The notes: generated from the sequence alone by a model not told the origin. Shown: positions 17,374 through 29,532, counted from the stretch's first letter. The stretch is 64,000 nt of DNA from Actinomycetota bacterium (GCA_016781135.1 JADDQY010000078.1:79834-143833); one strand, 5' to 3'. Program-made: numbers and translations.

Positions 17374-18447
17374 TCAGACGCCGTTGCCCGACGGCGGCGG
17401 AAGGCGCACCGCCCCGAGGGGGCGGACGGCCATGGTGCCGTCGGGCGCCACGTCCCAGGGCTCGGTGACATCCTCGGTGAACCACCGCCGGCTGGCCGGA
17501 AGATCTCCGGGGAGGGTGGCCCCGGGCAGGGCGGCGAGGACGACGCTGACCGCCTTGGCCACGCCCGTGTCGAGCATCCCGCCGACCCACATCGGCACGC
17601 CCCGCTCACGGGCAAGGTCATGGAGGCTCAGGGCCTCCATGATCCCCCCGACCCGACCGGGCTTGAGGTTCACGTGGTCGACCGCGCCCAGCGCCAGTGC
17701 CGTCTCCAGATCGGACACCGAGCCGATGGACTCGTCCAGGCACACCGGGGTGTCGAGGCGCCGCGCCGCCTCGGCCAGGCCGACGAGGTCGTCGGCGGGG
17801 AGGGGCTGTTCGATCTCCACCAGGCCGAGGCCGTCGAGCGCGCCGAGGGCAGCGTCGAGGTCGCGACGCCGGTAGGCGCCGTTGGCGTCCACCCCGAGGG
17901 CCAGCTCCGGCCACCTCGCACGTACCGCCGCCACCGGCTCGAGGTCCCAGCCCGGTCGCACCTTCAGCTTGACCCTCAGGTAGCCAGCGGCCAGGTGCTC
18001 GGCGACCTCCTCCACCAGAGCATCGACCGACGGGGCGATGCCCACCGCCACCCCGCACGGAACCCGGTCACGTACCGCTCCCGCCCAGGTGGACAATGAG
18101 GTGCCGGCCGCTGCCAGTCGCAGGTGCAGCACCGCCGCCTCCAGCGCCGCTGCCGCCATGGGATGGCCGACCACCCGAGGTTCTCGACCGGCGAGCAGCG
18201 CCGGGACGAGGAACCGGCGGAGCACCGCCTCGGCCCCCTCGAGCCACTCACCGGTGTAGGTCGGCTGGGCCAGAGCTCCGCACTCCCCCCAGCCCTCGGT
18301 GCCGTCGGCAGCCAGGGCCCGCACCAGCAGCACGTCCCTGGAGGTCTCGGTGCCATGGGCGGTGACGAAGGGACGGGCCAGCGCCAGCCGGACCCGCACC
18401 AGCTCCACATGGGCCACCGCCGCCTCGGGCAGCGGTGGCCGGGTCAC
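17374..18447 (-). CDS. menC: o-succinylbenzoate synthase / N-acylamino acid racemase (enolase superfamily)
   Basis: RPFVTAHG, KLK (KxK), DAN, EQP, DES, NLKPGRVGG, GGML, LPGD; GTG overlaps the HNH stop. Confidence 0.8.
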   Translation of the reverse strand: MTRPPLPEAAVAHVELVRVRLALARPFVTAHGTETSRDVLLVRALAADGTEGWGECGALAQPTYTGEWLEGAEAVLRRFLVPALLAGREPRVVGHPMAAAALEAAVLHLRLAAAGTSLSTWAGAVRDRVPCGVAVGIAPSVDALVEEVAEHLAAGYLRVKLKVRPGWDLEPVAAVRARWPELALGVDANGAYRRRDLDAALGALDGLGLVEIEQPLPADDLVGLAEAARRLDTPVCLDESIGSVSDLETALALGAVDHVNLKPGRVGGIMEALSLHDLARERGVPMWVGGMLDTGVAKAVSVVLAALPGATLPGDLPASRRWFTEDVTEPWDVAPDGTMAVRPLGAVRLPPPSGNGV

Positions 18448-18947
18448 GCCGACAGGGCTGGCTCCAGGTAGGGCTCCCAGTGGCTGGGCACGGTCCCGAC
18501 GGCCACGACGACCCAGGTCAGCTCTCGTGGGGCGCACGGCTTCCGGCGCAGCACCAGGCCGGTCTCGGCGAGGAGCCGGTCGCGCTTGCGGGCGTTGCAC
18601 GACTGGCACGCGGCCACCACGTTCTCCCAGACGTGCTGGCCGCCCCGGCTGCGGGGCACCACGTGGTCGATGCTCTCCGCCGGCGCTGCACAGTACTGGC
18701 ACCGGGAGCCGTCACGGGCGAACACCGCCCGGCGGTTGAGCGACGCCCGGCGCCGGTAGGGCACCCGCACGAAGTAGCGCAGCCGGATCACCGACGGGAT
18801 GGGGACGCTCATGCGCTCGGAGTGCATCTCGGCGCCGGTGTCGTGGAGCACGTCGGCCTTCTCGGCGAGCACGAGCACGACGGCGCGCCGCACCGGCACG
18901 ACACACAGCGGCTCGTAGCTGGCGTTGAGCACCAGGGCCCTGCTCAC
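18444..18947 (-). CDS. HNH endonuclease (conserved actinobacterial type)
   Basis: LVLNASYEPL, PSVIRL, RRAVFARD, CQYC, IDHVVPRSRGG, WENVVAACQSCNARK. Confidence 0.92.
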   Translation of the reverse strand: MSRALVLNASYEPLCVVPVRRAVVLVLAEKADVLHDTGAEMHSERMSVPIPSVIRLRYFVRVPYRRRASLNRRAVFARDGSRCQYCAAPAESIDHVVPRSRGGQHVWENVVAACQSCNARKRDRLLAETGLVLRRKPCAPRELTWVVVAVGTVPSHWEPYLEPALSA

Positions 18948-19126
18948 CGGCGGCAAGACTAACGCCGGGGCGCAAGCCGGGCGTGGCAGCTCCGACGCCC
19001 CGACCCTCGGCCGCGGCCCCCAGCGCCCGGACGTCGCCGGCTCGAGCGCGCTCGCGCTGCCAGGCGGCAACGAGCTGCGCCGGCACCGAGGGGTGGCGGC
19101 CGACGAGCACGTCGTCCCGAGGGCGG

Positions 19127-19459
19127 TCACGGCTCGCGTCGGGGGCTCTGCCCCCCCCCTCGGAGCCGCCAGCTCCGGGGAACGGTGCAGGCACGGCGAG
19201 CCCGGCAGGGAGATGCCTTCCGGCACCAGGCCAAGTAGGCGACCACGTCGGCCGGCTCGGGGTCGCGGTCGGCGTCGCCGTAGGCCGTCTGCAGGCGGAA
19301 CCGGAGGTAGTCCGGGTCGGGGCGGGGAAGGGGGGGCCAACGCCGCCACCACCCGCGGGGTGCCAACCGGACGAGCTGGGTGACCGAGGTGGACCACAGC
19401 CAGGGACGGATGGCGACCGCCCCGGCGGCACCGAGCCACCAGCGGGACGACCTGCTCAC
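19127..19459 (-). CDS. Small hypothetical protein (WWRRWPPLPRPDPDYLRFRLQTAYG...DVVAYLAWC)
   Basis: GTG overlaps the ROK stop (GTGA); aromatic-rich, protein-like core. Confidence 0.7.
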   Translation of the reverse strand: MSRSSRWWLGAAGAVAIRPWLWSTSVTQLVRLAPRGWWRRWPPLPRPDPDYLRFRLQTAYGDADRDPEPADVVAYLAWCRKASPCRARRACTVPRSWRLRGGGQSPRREP

Positions 19460-20325
19460 CGGCGACCGAGCACGTCCCGGCCGAGCCCCCGCCACCCCAC
19501 CGCGCCGGCGCCGACGAGCGGACCGGCGGCGCCGAGGCCGGCAGGGACGATCCGGGCGCCGGCGGAGAACTCGAGGAGGGCCCGGCGGTCGAGCTCGGCC
19601 TGCGCGGCAGCGAAGAACGGTGCCCCGAACCCGAGCGCCACCGACCCAGCGACCACGGCCAGGCGCAAATCGAGCAGGTTCGCCACCGACGCCACCCCCC
19701 GACCCACCATCTTCCCGACATGGTTCACCACCTCCGGGCCCGCGGCTCGCGGGTCTGCTCCCGTTGCCCGGCGGATCCCCGTGCCCGACGCCTCGGCTTC
19801 GAGGCAACCCTGCCCTCCGCAGGAGCAGGGGTTGCCGTCGGGGCGCACCACCACGTGGCCGATGTGTCCGGCATTGCCCGACGCGCCGTCGAGCAGCCGC
19901 CCGCCGGACACGACCCCCCCTCCCACGCCGGTCGACACGACCATGGCGAGGAAGTCGTCGACCCCGGCGGCCGCTCCGACCCAACCCTCTCCGAGTGCCA
20001 GCGCCTTGGCGTCGTTGTCGACGAAGGTGGGAAGCCCTGTCGCCTCGGCCAGGCGCCGGCGCAGCGGGAAGCGCCGCCACACCGGGATGTTCAGCGGTGA
20101 CACCTCCTCACCGCCGGGCGACATGGGGCCGCCCGTCCCCACCCCGCACACCGGTTCATCCCCACTGCGGACCTGTTGGATGACCCCCACGAGGGTGGCG
20201 AAGAGCTCTTCGGCGTCCCGCCCGGCGGTGGGCACCTGGGCGTGGCGCTCGACGACGCCGGCCACGGACACCAGCCCGGCGGCCACCTTGGTGCCGCCGA
20301 CGTCGACGGCGAGCGCGGTCGCCAC
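19456..20325 (-). CDS. ROK family sugar kinase (glucokinase-like)
   Basis: VDVGGTK, DNDAKALALGE, STGVGGG, GHIGH, CSCGGQGCLEA. Confidence 0.93.
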   Translation of the reverse strand: MATALAVDVGGTKVAAGLVSVAGVVERHAQVPTAGRDAEELFATLVGVIQQVRSGDEPVCGVGTGGPMSPGGEEVSPLNIPVWRRFPLRRRLAEATGLPTFVDNDAKALALGEGWVGAAAGVDDFLAMVVSTGVGGGVVSGGRLLDGASGNAGHIGHVVVRPDGNPCSCGGQGCLEAEASGTGIRRATGADPRAAGPEVVNHVGKMVGRGVASVANLLDLRLAVVAGSVALGFGAPFFAAAQAELDRRALLEFSAGARIVPAGLGAAGPLVGAGAVGWRGLGRDVLGRR

Positions 20326-20435
20326 GGCGCCGCAGGCTAACGGCGGTGGGGGTCGAGCTCGGCCCGGTATGCTTCCGCCGGTCAGCCGAGACCGGAGCCG
20401 ACGTGCGGGCGCGAGCGCGGCAGGGAGGAGAGCAC

Positions 20436-21413
<978 letters not shown>

Positions 21414-21444
21414 TGGTGATGGGGCCGCGCCGGACCCATCGGGG

Positions 21445-22673
<1,229 letters not shown>

Positions 22674-22677
<4 letters not shown>

Positions 22678-25013
22678 GCTCCGTCGGCGAGGGCCGGGGC
22701 ACCCCGGCGGCACCGCCTGCCGCCGAGGGCCGGTTCGTGGTCCTAGCCGAGCTCGCCCTCGCCGCCGTCACCGTGGCCGCGGTCATCGGCCTCGCCCGGC
22801 TCTTCGACGACGCCTCGTTCCTGGTGCCGGTGCTGGGCTTTGCCGTCGCCGCCCACGGCGTGGCCGCCGCCTGCCGTCGAGCCCGGATGGCGGGGGCGAC
22901 GACGGTGGCGGTGGCCGCCGGCGTGCTGCTCGCCGGCGTGTCGGTCTTCCTGCTCCCCGAGAGCACCCGCTTCGGCCTCCCCACCGGCGCCACCGTGAGG
23001 CTGGCTGGCGAGCAGCTCACCACCGCGCTGTCCACGTTCCGGGACGTGGTCGCCCCCGCCCCGGTGGAGCAGGGCTTCGTGCTGGCCGCCGCCGTCACCG
23101 TCTGGCTCCTGGCCTTCGTCGCCGACACGGCCGCCTTCCGGGCGCGCGCCGCCGCCGAAGCGGTGGTGCCCGGCATGACGCTGTTCGTGTTCGGCGCCGC
23201 CCTCGGCGCCCCTCGACACCGCCTCTCGACCACCGCCGCCTTCCTCCTCGCCCTCATCGGCTACTGGCTGGCCCAGCGCGTGCTCACCCACGGGCGGACG
23301 CCCAACCTCCTCACCAGCGACGGTCGCTCGGGACCGCTGGCGTTGCTGCGTACCGGTGCCCCCCTCGGGCTGGTGGCGGTGGTCGCCGCACTGGTGGTGG
23401 GCCCCAACCTGCTCGGGGCGTCGGCCAACCCGGTGGTCCCGTGGCGGACCGGCGATCGCTCCGGCGCCGACTCCCGGGTCACCATCAGCCCCCTGGTCGA
23501 CATCCGCTCACAGCTCGTCGACCAGTCCGATGTCGAGGTCTTCTCCGTCGCCAGCCCCGTGCGCAGCTACTGGCGGCTCACCTCGCTCGAGATCTTCGAC
23601 GGGCGCATCTGGTCATCGCGCGGCCAGTACCGCAGGGTCGAGGAGTCCCTCCCCAGCGCCGTCGACACCTCCGCCGCTCGGACCGACACCGTGGTGCAGG
23701 ACTTCGAGATCGACGCCCTGGCCTCCATCTGGCTGCCGGCGGCCTACGCCCCCATCGGGGTCGACGGGGTGGAGGCCCGCTGGGACGACGACTCCGGCAG
23801 CCTGCTCACCCAGGCCGAGAGCGCGTCGGGCCTTCGCTACCAGGTCACCTCCGAGCTCAAGGCCTTGACCGCTTCCGAGCTGGCCGGGGTGCCCAACGTC
23901 GCCCCGGCCGAGGTCGCCCAGACCTACACCGCCCTGCCGCCCGACTTCAGCGGGGCGGTGACCGCCGAGGCGGCCCGCATCGTGGCCGGAGCCGGCAGCC
24001 AGTACGAACGGGCCCGTCGCCTCCAGGACCACTTCCGCGCCGGTGGGTTCACCTACGACCAGTCGGTGTCTCCGGGCCACGACGGCGACGACCTCGAGCG
24101 CTTCTTGTTCGCCACCCGTCGTGGCTACTGCGAGCAGTTCGCCGGGGCCTTCGCCGCCATGGCAAGGGCGGTTGGCCTTCCCGCCCGGGTGGCGGTCGGC
24201 TTCACCCCCGGGGAGCTTGGTACCGACGGTCGGTTCGCGGTGCGAGGACTCAACGCTCACGCCTGGCCCGAGGTCTTCCTCGCCAACTTCGGGTGGGTGG
24301 CGTTCGAGCCGACGCCGGGTCGGGGGATGCCTCGAGCCGAGGACTACACCGGGGTCCCCGAACAGCAAGCGAGTACCGAGAACCCGACCACGGCGACCAC
24401 GCTGCCCGCCTCCCCACCGACCACCACGATCGCCGGTTCCGACGAGGGCGGCCCGACCACCACCGCCGCCCCCGCTCCCGCAGCCGAGAGCGGCGGGGGC
24501 GACGTCCCGATCGACGACGGCCCGATGCCCTGGCTGGTGCGCCTGACGCTGGTGGCGCTCACCGCCGTGGCCCTCGTCGGCACGTGGGTGGGCGCCCTCG
24601 CCCTGCTCGCCCGCCGCCGCCGCGCTCGCCGCCGGGCGGCAGCGACGTCGTCGAACGACCGGGTGCTGGTGGCGTGGACCGAGGTCGGCGAGGCGCTGGC
24701 CCGGGTCGGCACCCCGGCCCGACCCTCCGAGACCCCGATCGAGTACGCCCAGCGGGCCGCAGGCGCCACCAATGTCGACCACCGCCTGCTGAACGCCCTC
24801 GCCGGCGTGGCCAGCGCCGCCGGCTACGGCGCACGGAGGATCGACGACGAGGCGGTCGAGCGGACCGTCATCGCCGCCGCCGACGTGGAGCGCCGACTCC
24901 AGGAGCACCTCGACGGCAAGGCTCGTCTGGTCGCCGCCATCGACCCGCGCCCCTTGCTCCCACCCCGAGCGCCCCGGCTCGACATCCGACCGTCGCCGTC
25001 GAATTATCGGTGA
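22674..25013 (+). CDS. Membrane transglutaminase-like protein (TgpA/DUF3488-type)
   Basis: Many N-terminal TMs, YWRL, GYCEQFA, RVAVGF, HAWPEV, FEPTP, C-terminal TM; GTGA overlap with DUF58. Confidence 0.92.
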
Positions 25014-25171
25014 CCTTGGCCTCCGACCAGAGCTGTCGACAGCGAGGTGAGCTGTTCAGGACCACCGCGGAGCGGCGGTTGCTCGCCGCCACGGGCTCGG
25101 GCCGGACGAGGCCCGGATCCCCGCCCGGGTGACACCCCTCGTTGTGGGCGCAGCCCCGACCGAGGTGGGCG

Positions 25172-25546
25172 CTACTCGTCCTTCTTGGTGAAGCGCTCTC
25201 GCATTCGTTGCCCGGCGGAGCCGAAGTAGTCGCGCACGCCTGAGGCGTTCACCGACTCGGTCCACTGGCGCCATCCGGCTCGACCCATCTTGCGCAGGTT
25301 GCGCTCGAAGAGCACGGCACAGCCGAGCATGACCAGGAAGCCGGCAAAGGCGAGGAGGAGCGTCTGCACGGTCAGCACCATGAACACCAGACCGCCCAGG
25401 AACCCGAGCCCGGCCCACTTCAGGTTGCGCCCGGCGTGCCGGTAGATCGTGGTGGAACTGACCTCGCGAGCCAGGTCCGGATCGGAATCGTAAAGCTGCT
25501 GCTCGATCTCCTGGAGGATGCGCTGTTCGTTCTCGGAAAGCGGCAC
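25172..25546 (-). CDS. DUF3040 family membrane protein
   Basis: MPLSENEQRILQEIEQQLYDSDPDLA followed by two TM helices. Confidence 0.88.
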   Translation of the reverse strand: MPLSENEQRILQEIEQQLYDSDPDLAREVSSTTIYRHAGRNLKWAGLGFLGGLVFMVLTVQTLLLAFAGFLVMLGCAVLFERNLRKMGRAGWRQWTESVNASGVRDYFGSAGQRMRERFTKKDE

Positions 25547-25707
25547 GCCCTGTTGCCCCCCGTGCTCGGTCCTGAAGGTTGTTGTCCCGCCGGTCGTTGG
25601 GCCCGGCGAACGCCGACTGGGCCTCTCGGCCGAATGTACCCGCTATCTTCGCGCACGACCCCGGCCCAGAACAACGCGAGGGGCTCGCCCCGAACACCGC
25701 CTCGACC

Positions 25708-27114
25708 TCACCGCCGAGGGGCACGGCGGCGCCCCACCAGGCTGGCCGGCCCGATGGCGGCATCCCCGAAGCGGCGTCGCAACTCGTCGACGGCGGCATC
25801 CGCTCGGGCTCGATCCGCCCCGCCGGAACCGCGCTCCGGAAGGAACGTCGGCTCCTGCTCGACCCGGTCGTCCCCACCAGTCGAGCGCCGGTGGCCCATC
25901 GCCTTGGATCCGCCGCTCCGAGCACGGGCGCGCCGGTCACCGGGGCCGGTGGTGTCGTCGAGGCACAGCTGGGTGCACCCGCCGGCGCTGAGCCGGGACA
26001 CCCCGACGCCGAGCAGTCGCACCCCGGGCGCCAGATCGACCGAGCCCAGCAGCTCACGGCCCACGGAGGCAAGCACCCGGGCGTCGTCCATGGGCTGTCG
26101 GCACGTGGACGAGCGGGTGATCGTGCGGAAGTCGGCGAAGCGGATCTTCACCTGGAGGGTGCGGGCCGCCAGCCCCGCCCGCCGGAGACGGCCGGCCACG
26201 GCGTCAGCCAGGCGGAGCACCTCACGGTCGAGCACGGCGCGGCTGCGGTGGTCGACGGCAAAGGTCTCCTCGTGGCTGATCGACTTCGGCGCACGACCGA
26301 CCACGACCGGCTCGTCGCTCGCCGCCCACGACCGGGCGTGCAGGGTGCGTCCGAGCGACGCCCCGACCATCCCGACGAGGGCCGCCTCCGGGAGCCGCGC
26401 CAGCTCTCCGATCGTGCGCACACCCCGCCGCTGCAGGCGGGCGAGGGTTGCCGAACCGATCCCCCACATCGCCTCCACTGGGTGGGCGTGGAGGAACGCC
26501 AGCTCCTCGTGCGGATCCACGACCACGATCCCAGGCCCAGGATGCACGCCCTGGGAGGAGGCCGTGGGCTTGGCCGCCTCCGACGCCAGCTTCGCGGTGA
26601 GCTTGCGAGGAGCGACGCCGACCGAGCACGACAGCCCGAGGTCGCCGTGGATCCGCTCTCGCAGGGCGGCGGCGATCGACCGAGCGCCGCCGAGGCGGCG
26701 GAGGGCTCCGGTGACGTCGAGGAACGCCTCGTCCAGCGAGACCCCCTCGACCGCCGGCGTGACCTCGCCCAAGATGGCGTGGAGCTCGGCGCTCACCTCC
26801 CGGTAGCGAGCGTGCCGGGCGGCGACGAACACGGCTTCGGGGCACAGCCGGCGGGCGGTGGCCGAGGGCATGGCCGAGCGGACCCCGAAGGCCCGGGCTT
26901 GGTAGGAGGCGGCTGCTACCACCCCTCGGCGCCCGGCTCCACCGACCACCACTGGCCGACCCCGCAGGGAGGGGTCGTCACCCACCTCGACGGCCACGAA
27001 GAAGGCATCCATGTCGACGTGGACGATCGAGCGCGGGCGGGCGGGCGCTGGCTGGACGGCGGCGCCGGCCACGATGTCGGGGATGTCGGAGCTGACCGTG
27101 CCCCTCTCTACCAT
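25708..27114 (-). CDS. dinB: DNA polymerase IV (Y family)
   Basis: HVDMDAFF, VAAASYQARAFGVRSAMP, SLDEAFLD, KLASEAAKP, MWGIG; start uncertain. Confidence 0.95.
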   Translation of the reverse strand: MVERGTVSSDIPDIVAGAAVQPAPARPRSIVHVDMDAFFVAVEVGDDPSLRGRPVVVGGAGRRGVVAAASYQARAFGVRSAMPSATARRLCPEAVFVAARHARYREVSAELHAILGEVTPAVEGVSLDEAFLDVTGALRRLGGARSIAAALRERIHGDLGLSCSVGVAPRKLTAKLASEAAKPTASSQGVHPGPGIVVVDPHEELAFLHAHPVEAMWGIGSATLARLQRRGVRTIGELARLPEAALVGMVGASLGRTLHARSWAASDEPVVVGRAPKSISHEETFAVDHRSRAVLDREVLRLADAVAGRLRRAGLAARTLQVKIRFADFRTITRSSTCRQPMDDARVLASVGRELLGSVDLAPGVRLLGVGVSRLSAGGCTQLCLDDTTGPGDRRARARSGGSKAMGHRRSTGGDDRVEQEPTFLPERGSGGADRARADAAVDELRRRFGDAAIGPASLVGRRRAPRR

Positions 27115-27120
27115 GGCCCC

Positions 27121-27564
27121 GTGGCCGAACCGCGCCCCGCGCCCGCGGCCCGGGCCTACACCCCCACCGCCCTGCCCCCGGTCGGCGCTCGGCTGGCCGC
27201 CTTCGTCGCCATCATCGTCGGGGGGATCTGTGGGGGGCTCATCACCTTCGCCGTCGTCGACCTCCAGTGCGGCAGCGACGACAGGCGTGCCGGGCAGATC
27301 GTGGACGGTCCGCCCGGTGTCGCCACCTCGATGTCGACTCCTGGCACCACCCCCGCCAGCGACGGCGGGTGTGACGTCGTGGCCGGCGCCGCCGGCCTGG
27401 CCGGCGCCGTCGCCAGCGCCGCCGGCGTGTCGGTGATCTCCGTGCTCGTCCTGCGGGCGATGGCCGAATGGAGGAGGAACCTCGTCCTCGACGACCCCGG
27501 CCTGACCGCCGGCAAGCCCTCGCCTCAGCGGACCAACCGGAGCCGGCGGAAGCCCTCGGCGTAG
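27121..27564 (+). CDS. Small two-TM hypothetical protein
   Basis: Two hydrophobic helices flank a Cys-bounded loop; TACCAT -10 lies 6 nt before the GTG. Confidence 0.7.
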   Translation: MAEPRPAPAARAYTPTALPPVGARLAAFVAIIVGGICGGLITFAVVDLQCGSDDRRAGQIVDGPPGVATSMSTPGTTPASDGGCDVVAGAAGLAGAVASAAGVSVISVLVLRAMAEWRRNLVLDDPGLTAGKPSPQRTNRSRRKPSA

Positions 27565-28238
27565 CGGACGCCGGCTCGGCGCCCCTCGCCGGCAGCCCGC
27601 TGGTGCACGAAGGTCCCCAACCACGCGTCGGCATCGGGGGCCAGCTGGCTGCGATGGCAGAACATGGCGGCGACCTTGGTGTCGATCACCGCCTCCACGT
27701 CAACCCAGACGTCGGGCTCGAGGGTGCCGCTCAGCAGCACGGTGTGCACCTGGTGGGCCGGCCCCCGCTCCGGGAAGTACAGCGGTGACGAAGCCGCCGG
27801 CGCCACCGCATCGAGGGTGGCCCAGCCGATGCTGCGGTGGTCGACGTGGTTCACGTAGCCGTCACCGAAGAACACCGCGGTCGGGTCCACGCCCACCACC
27901 ACCTCGGGTCGAAGCCTGCGCACCACGCCGACCAGCTCGGCGACCAGCGACGGCTCGCCCGTCAACGCCCCGTCGAAGTGGCCGAGCATCTCCACCCCCG
28001 CCAGCCCGAGCACGCCGGCCGCCGCCGCCACCTCGGCCGCCCGCTGCTCGGCGAGGGCCTCGCCGTCGACGCTCGGGTCCTGGGACCCCTTGTCGCCGCG
28101 GGTCGCCACCACCACGTGCACCTCAGTGCCTGCCCTGGACCAGCGGGCGAGCACGCCCCCGCAGGAGACCTCCGGGTCGTCGGGATGGGCGTACACCGCC
28201 AGCGCCCGGGACGGCGCCTCACTGATCAGCTCGGCCAC
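27525..28238 (-). CDS. PIG-L/LmbE family deacetylase
   Basis: AVYAHPDD, TRGDKG, RLRPEVV, NHVDHR, CHRSQ. Confidence 0.92.
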   Translation of the reverse strand: MAELISEAPSRALAVYAHPDDPEVSCGGVLARWSRAGTEVHVVVATRGDKGSQDPSVDGEALAEQRAAEVAAAAGVLGLAGVEMLGHFDGALTGEPSLVAELVGVVRRLRPEVVVGVDPTAVFFGDGYVNHVDHRSIGWATLDAVAPAASSPLYFPERGPAHQVHTVLLSGTLEPDVWVDVEAVIDTKVAAMFCHRSQLAPDADAWLGTFVHQRAAGEGRRAGVRYAEGFRRLRLVR

Positions 28239-28355
28239 CGGGCACCTCGACGGACGACGCCGCCGGAGGCGACCACCGTTCGGGCGAGCATCGCCGGACC
28301 CTACCGGTGCTCTCCGCTCCCCGCAGCGCGCTCCACCTCGGCATAGGGTGCGGCC

Positions 28356-29156
28356 GTGCCCGAGTTCGACGTCGACGAGCTGTTGGGCCTGGGCGTGGAG
28401 CTGGCCCAGGCGGCTGGGGCGCTGCTCGTCGAGGCCATGGGACGCGTCCACGGCCAGGTGACGACCAAGACCAGCGGCACCGACATGGTCAGCGAGGTCG
28501 ACCGGGCATCGGAGCACCTCATCGTCGAGGCACTTCGGCGCGCCCGTCCCGCTGACGGCATCCTCGGCGAAGAGGGTGCCACCCAGAAGGGCACCTCCGG
28601 GGTGCGGTGGGTCATCGACCCGCTGGACGGCACCACCAACTACCTCTACGGCTTTCCGGCCTTCACCGTCTCGATCGCCGCCGAGATCGACGGTCGTAGC
28701 GAGATCGGGGTGGTGACCGACCCGCTCCGCGGTGAGACCTTCGCCGCAGCCCGCGGACTGGGGGCCACCTGCAACGGATCGACCGTCCGCTGTGCGGCCA
28801 AGGACGACCTGGCCACGGCGTTGGTGGCGACCGGCTTCTCCTACGACGCCGATCGGCGCCGGGCCCAGGCGCAGGTGCTCACCGGCGTCGTCCCCGTGGT
28901 GCGCGACATCCGGCGAGCGGGTGCGGCGTCGCTCGACCTGTGCTGGGTGGCGTCTGGACGCCTCGACGGCTACTACGAACAGGGCCTGCAGCCGTGGGAT
29001 TTCGCCGCCGGGGCGCTGATCGCGGCCGAAGCGGGAGCCACCGTGGGCGACCTCACCGCCGGGCCGCCCTCGAACGAGCTCACCTTGGCCGCCGCCCCCG
29101 GATTGTTCGTCCCGTTGCGCCAGCTCCTCGTTCGAGCCACCAGCGGCGGGAGCTGA
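28356..29156 (+). CDS. Inositol monophosphatase family protein (SuhB-like)
   Basis: DMVSEVD, ILGEE, WVIDPLDGTTNY, RRAGAASLDL, PWDFAAG. Confidence 0.95.
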   Translation: MPEFDVDELLGLGVELAQAAGALLVEAMGRVHGQVTTKTSGTDMVSEVDRASEHLIVEALRRARPADGILGEEGATQKGTSGVRWVIDPLDGTTNYLYGFPAFTVSIAAEIDGRSEIGVVTDPLRGETFAAARGLGATCNGSTVRCAAKDDLATALVATGFSYDADRRRAQAQVLTGVVPVVRDIRRAGAASLDLCWVASGRLDGYYEQGLQPWDFAAGALIAAEAGATVGDLTAGPPSNELTLAAAPGLFVPLRQLLVRATSGGS

Positions 29157-29202
29157 GCCACCCGGTGCTGATCGCCTCGTCGGGTGCCGCCGACGGCGCC
29201 GC

Positions 29203-29532
29203 TCAGGCGATCCCGGGCGACGGGAGGTGGGCAGCCAACAGCGCCTCGCGCCCCGGGCCGCGGCCGGTGCGGTAGTGGAGCCCCTCTCGCAGACGGGCGG
29301 CCGAGGGGCGGCAGGCTCGCAAGGCAAGCGCCCCCTCGTCGGTGAACGAGGCCACCTGGCGGAGGTCGATGTCGAGCCGGCGTGCGTCGTCGGCGATGGC
29401 CCGGTGGGTTGCCGCCTCCATGGCCGAGCCCATCCGGTGGTCGAGGTGGCCGCGTACGGTCAACACCATGATGCCGTCGTGGACGGTCACCTCCAAGCCG
29501 GATGAGCACGTGGCGTCGGAGAGCGGGGTCAT
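29203..29532 (-). CDS. STAS-like (anti-sigma-factor antagonist-like) protein
   Basis: MVLTVRGHLD...LDIDLRQVASFTDEGALAL follows the STAS pattern; start uncertain. Confidence 0.6.
   Translation of the reverse strand: MTPLSDATCSSGLEVTVHDGIMVLTVRGHLDHRMGSAMEAATHRAIADDARRLDIDLRQVASFTDEGALALRACRPSAARLREGLHYRTGRGPGREALLAAHLPSPGIA

Noticed and set aside
18444-18947. HNH nuclease as a mobile element or defence system
   Set aside because: No methylase, repeats, intron or phage context; the sequence resembles the chromosomal actinobacterial HNH type.
18948-19126. Possible tRNA-Sec or other ncRNA near selD
   Set aside because: No cloverleaf, UCA anticodon or T-loop motif could be found by eye here or in other intergenic gaps.
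19151-19159. C9 homopolymer as a phase-variation tract
   Set aside because: It lies at the non-conserved-looking tail of a small ORF, and 7-8 nt G/C runs occur elsewhere in housekeeping genes such as plsX.
25032-25043. 12-bp palindrome GCTGTCGACAGC between convergent genes
   Set aside because: A single occurrence in a 3'-3' gap with no promoter context.
27000-27130. LexA (SOS) box upstream of dinB
   Set aside because: No TCGAAC-N4-GTTCGA-like palindrome seen.
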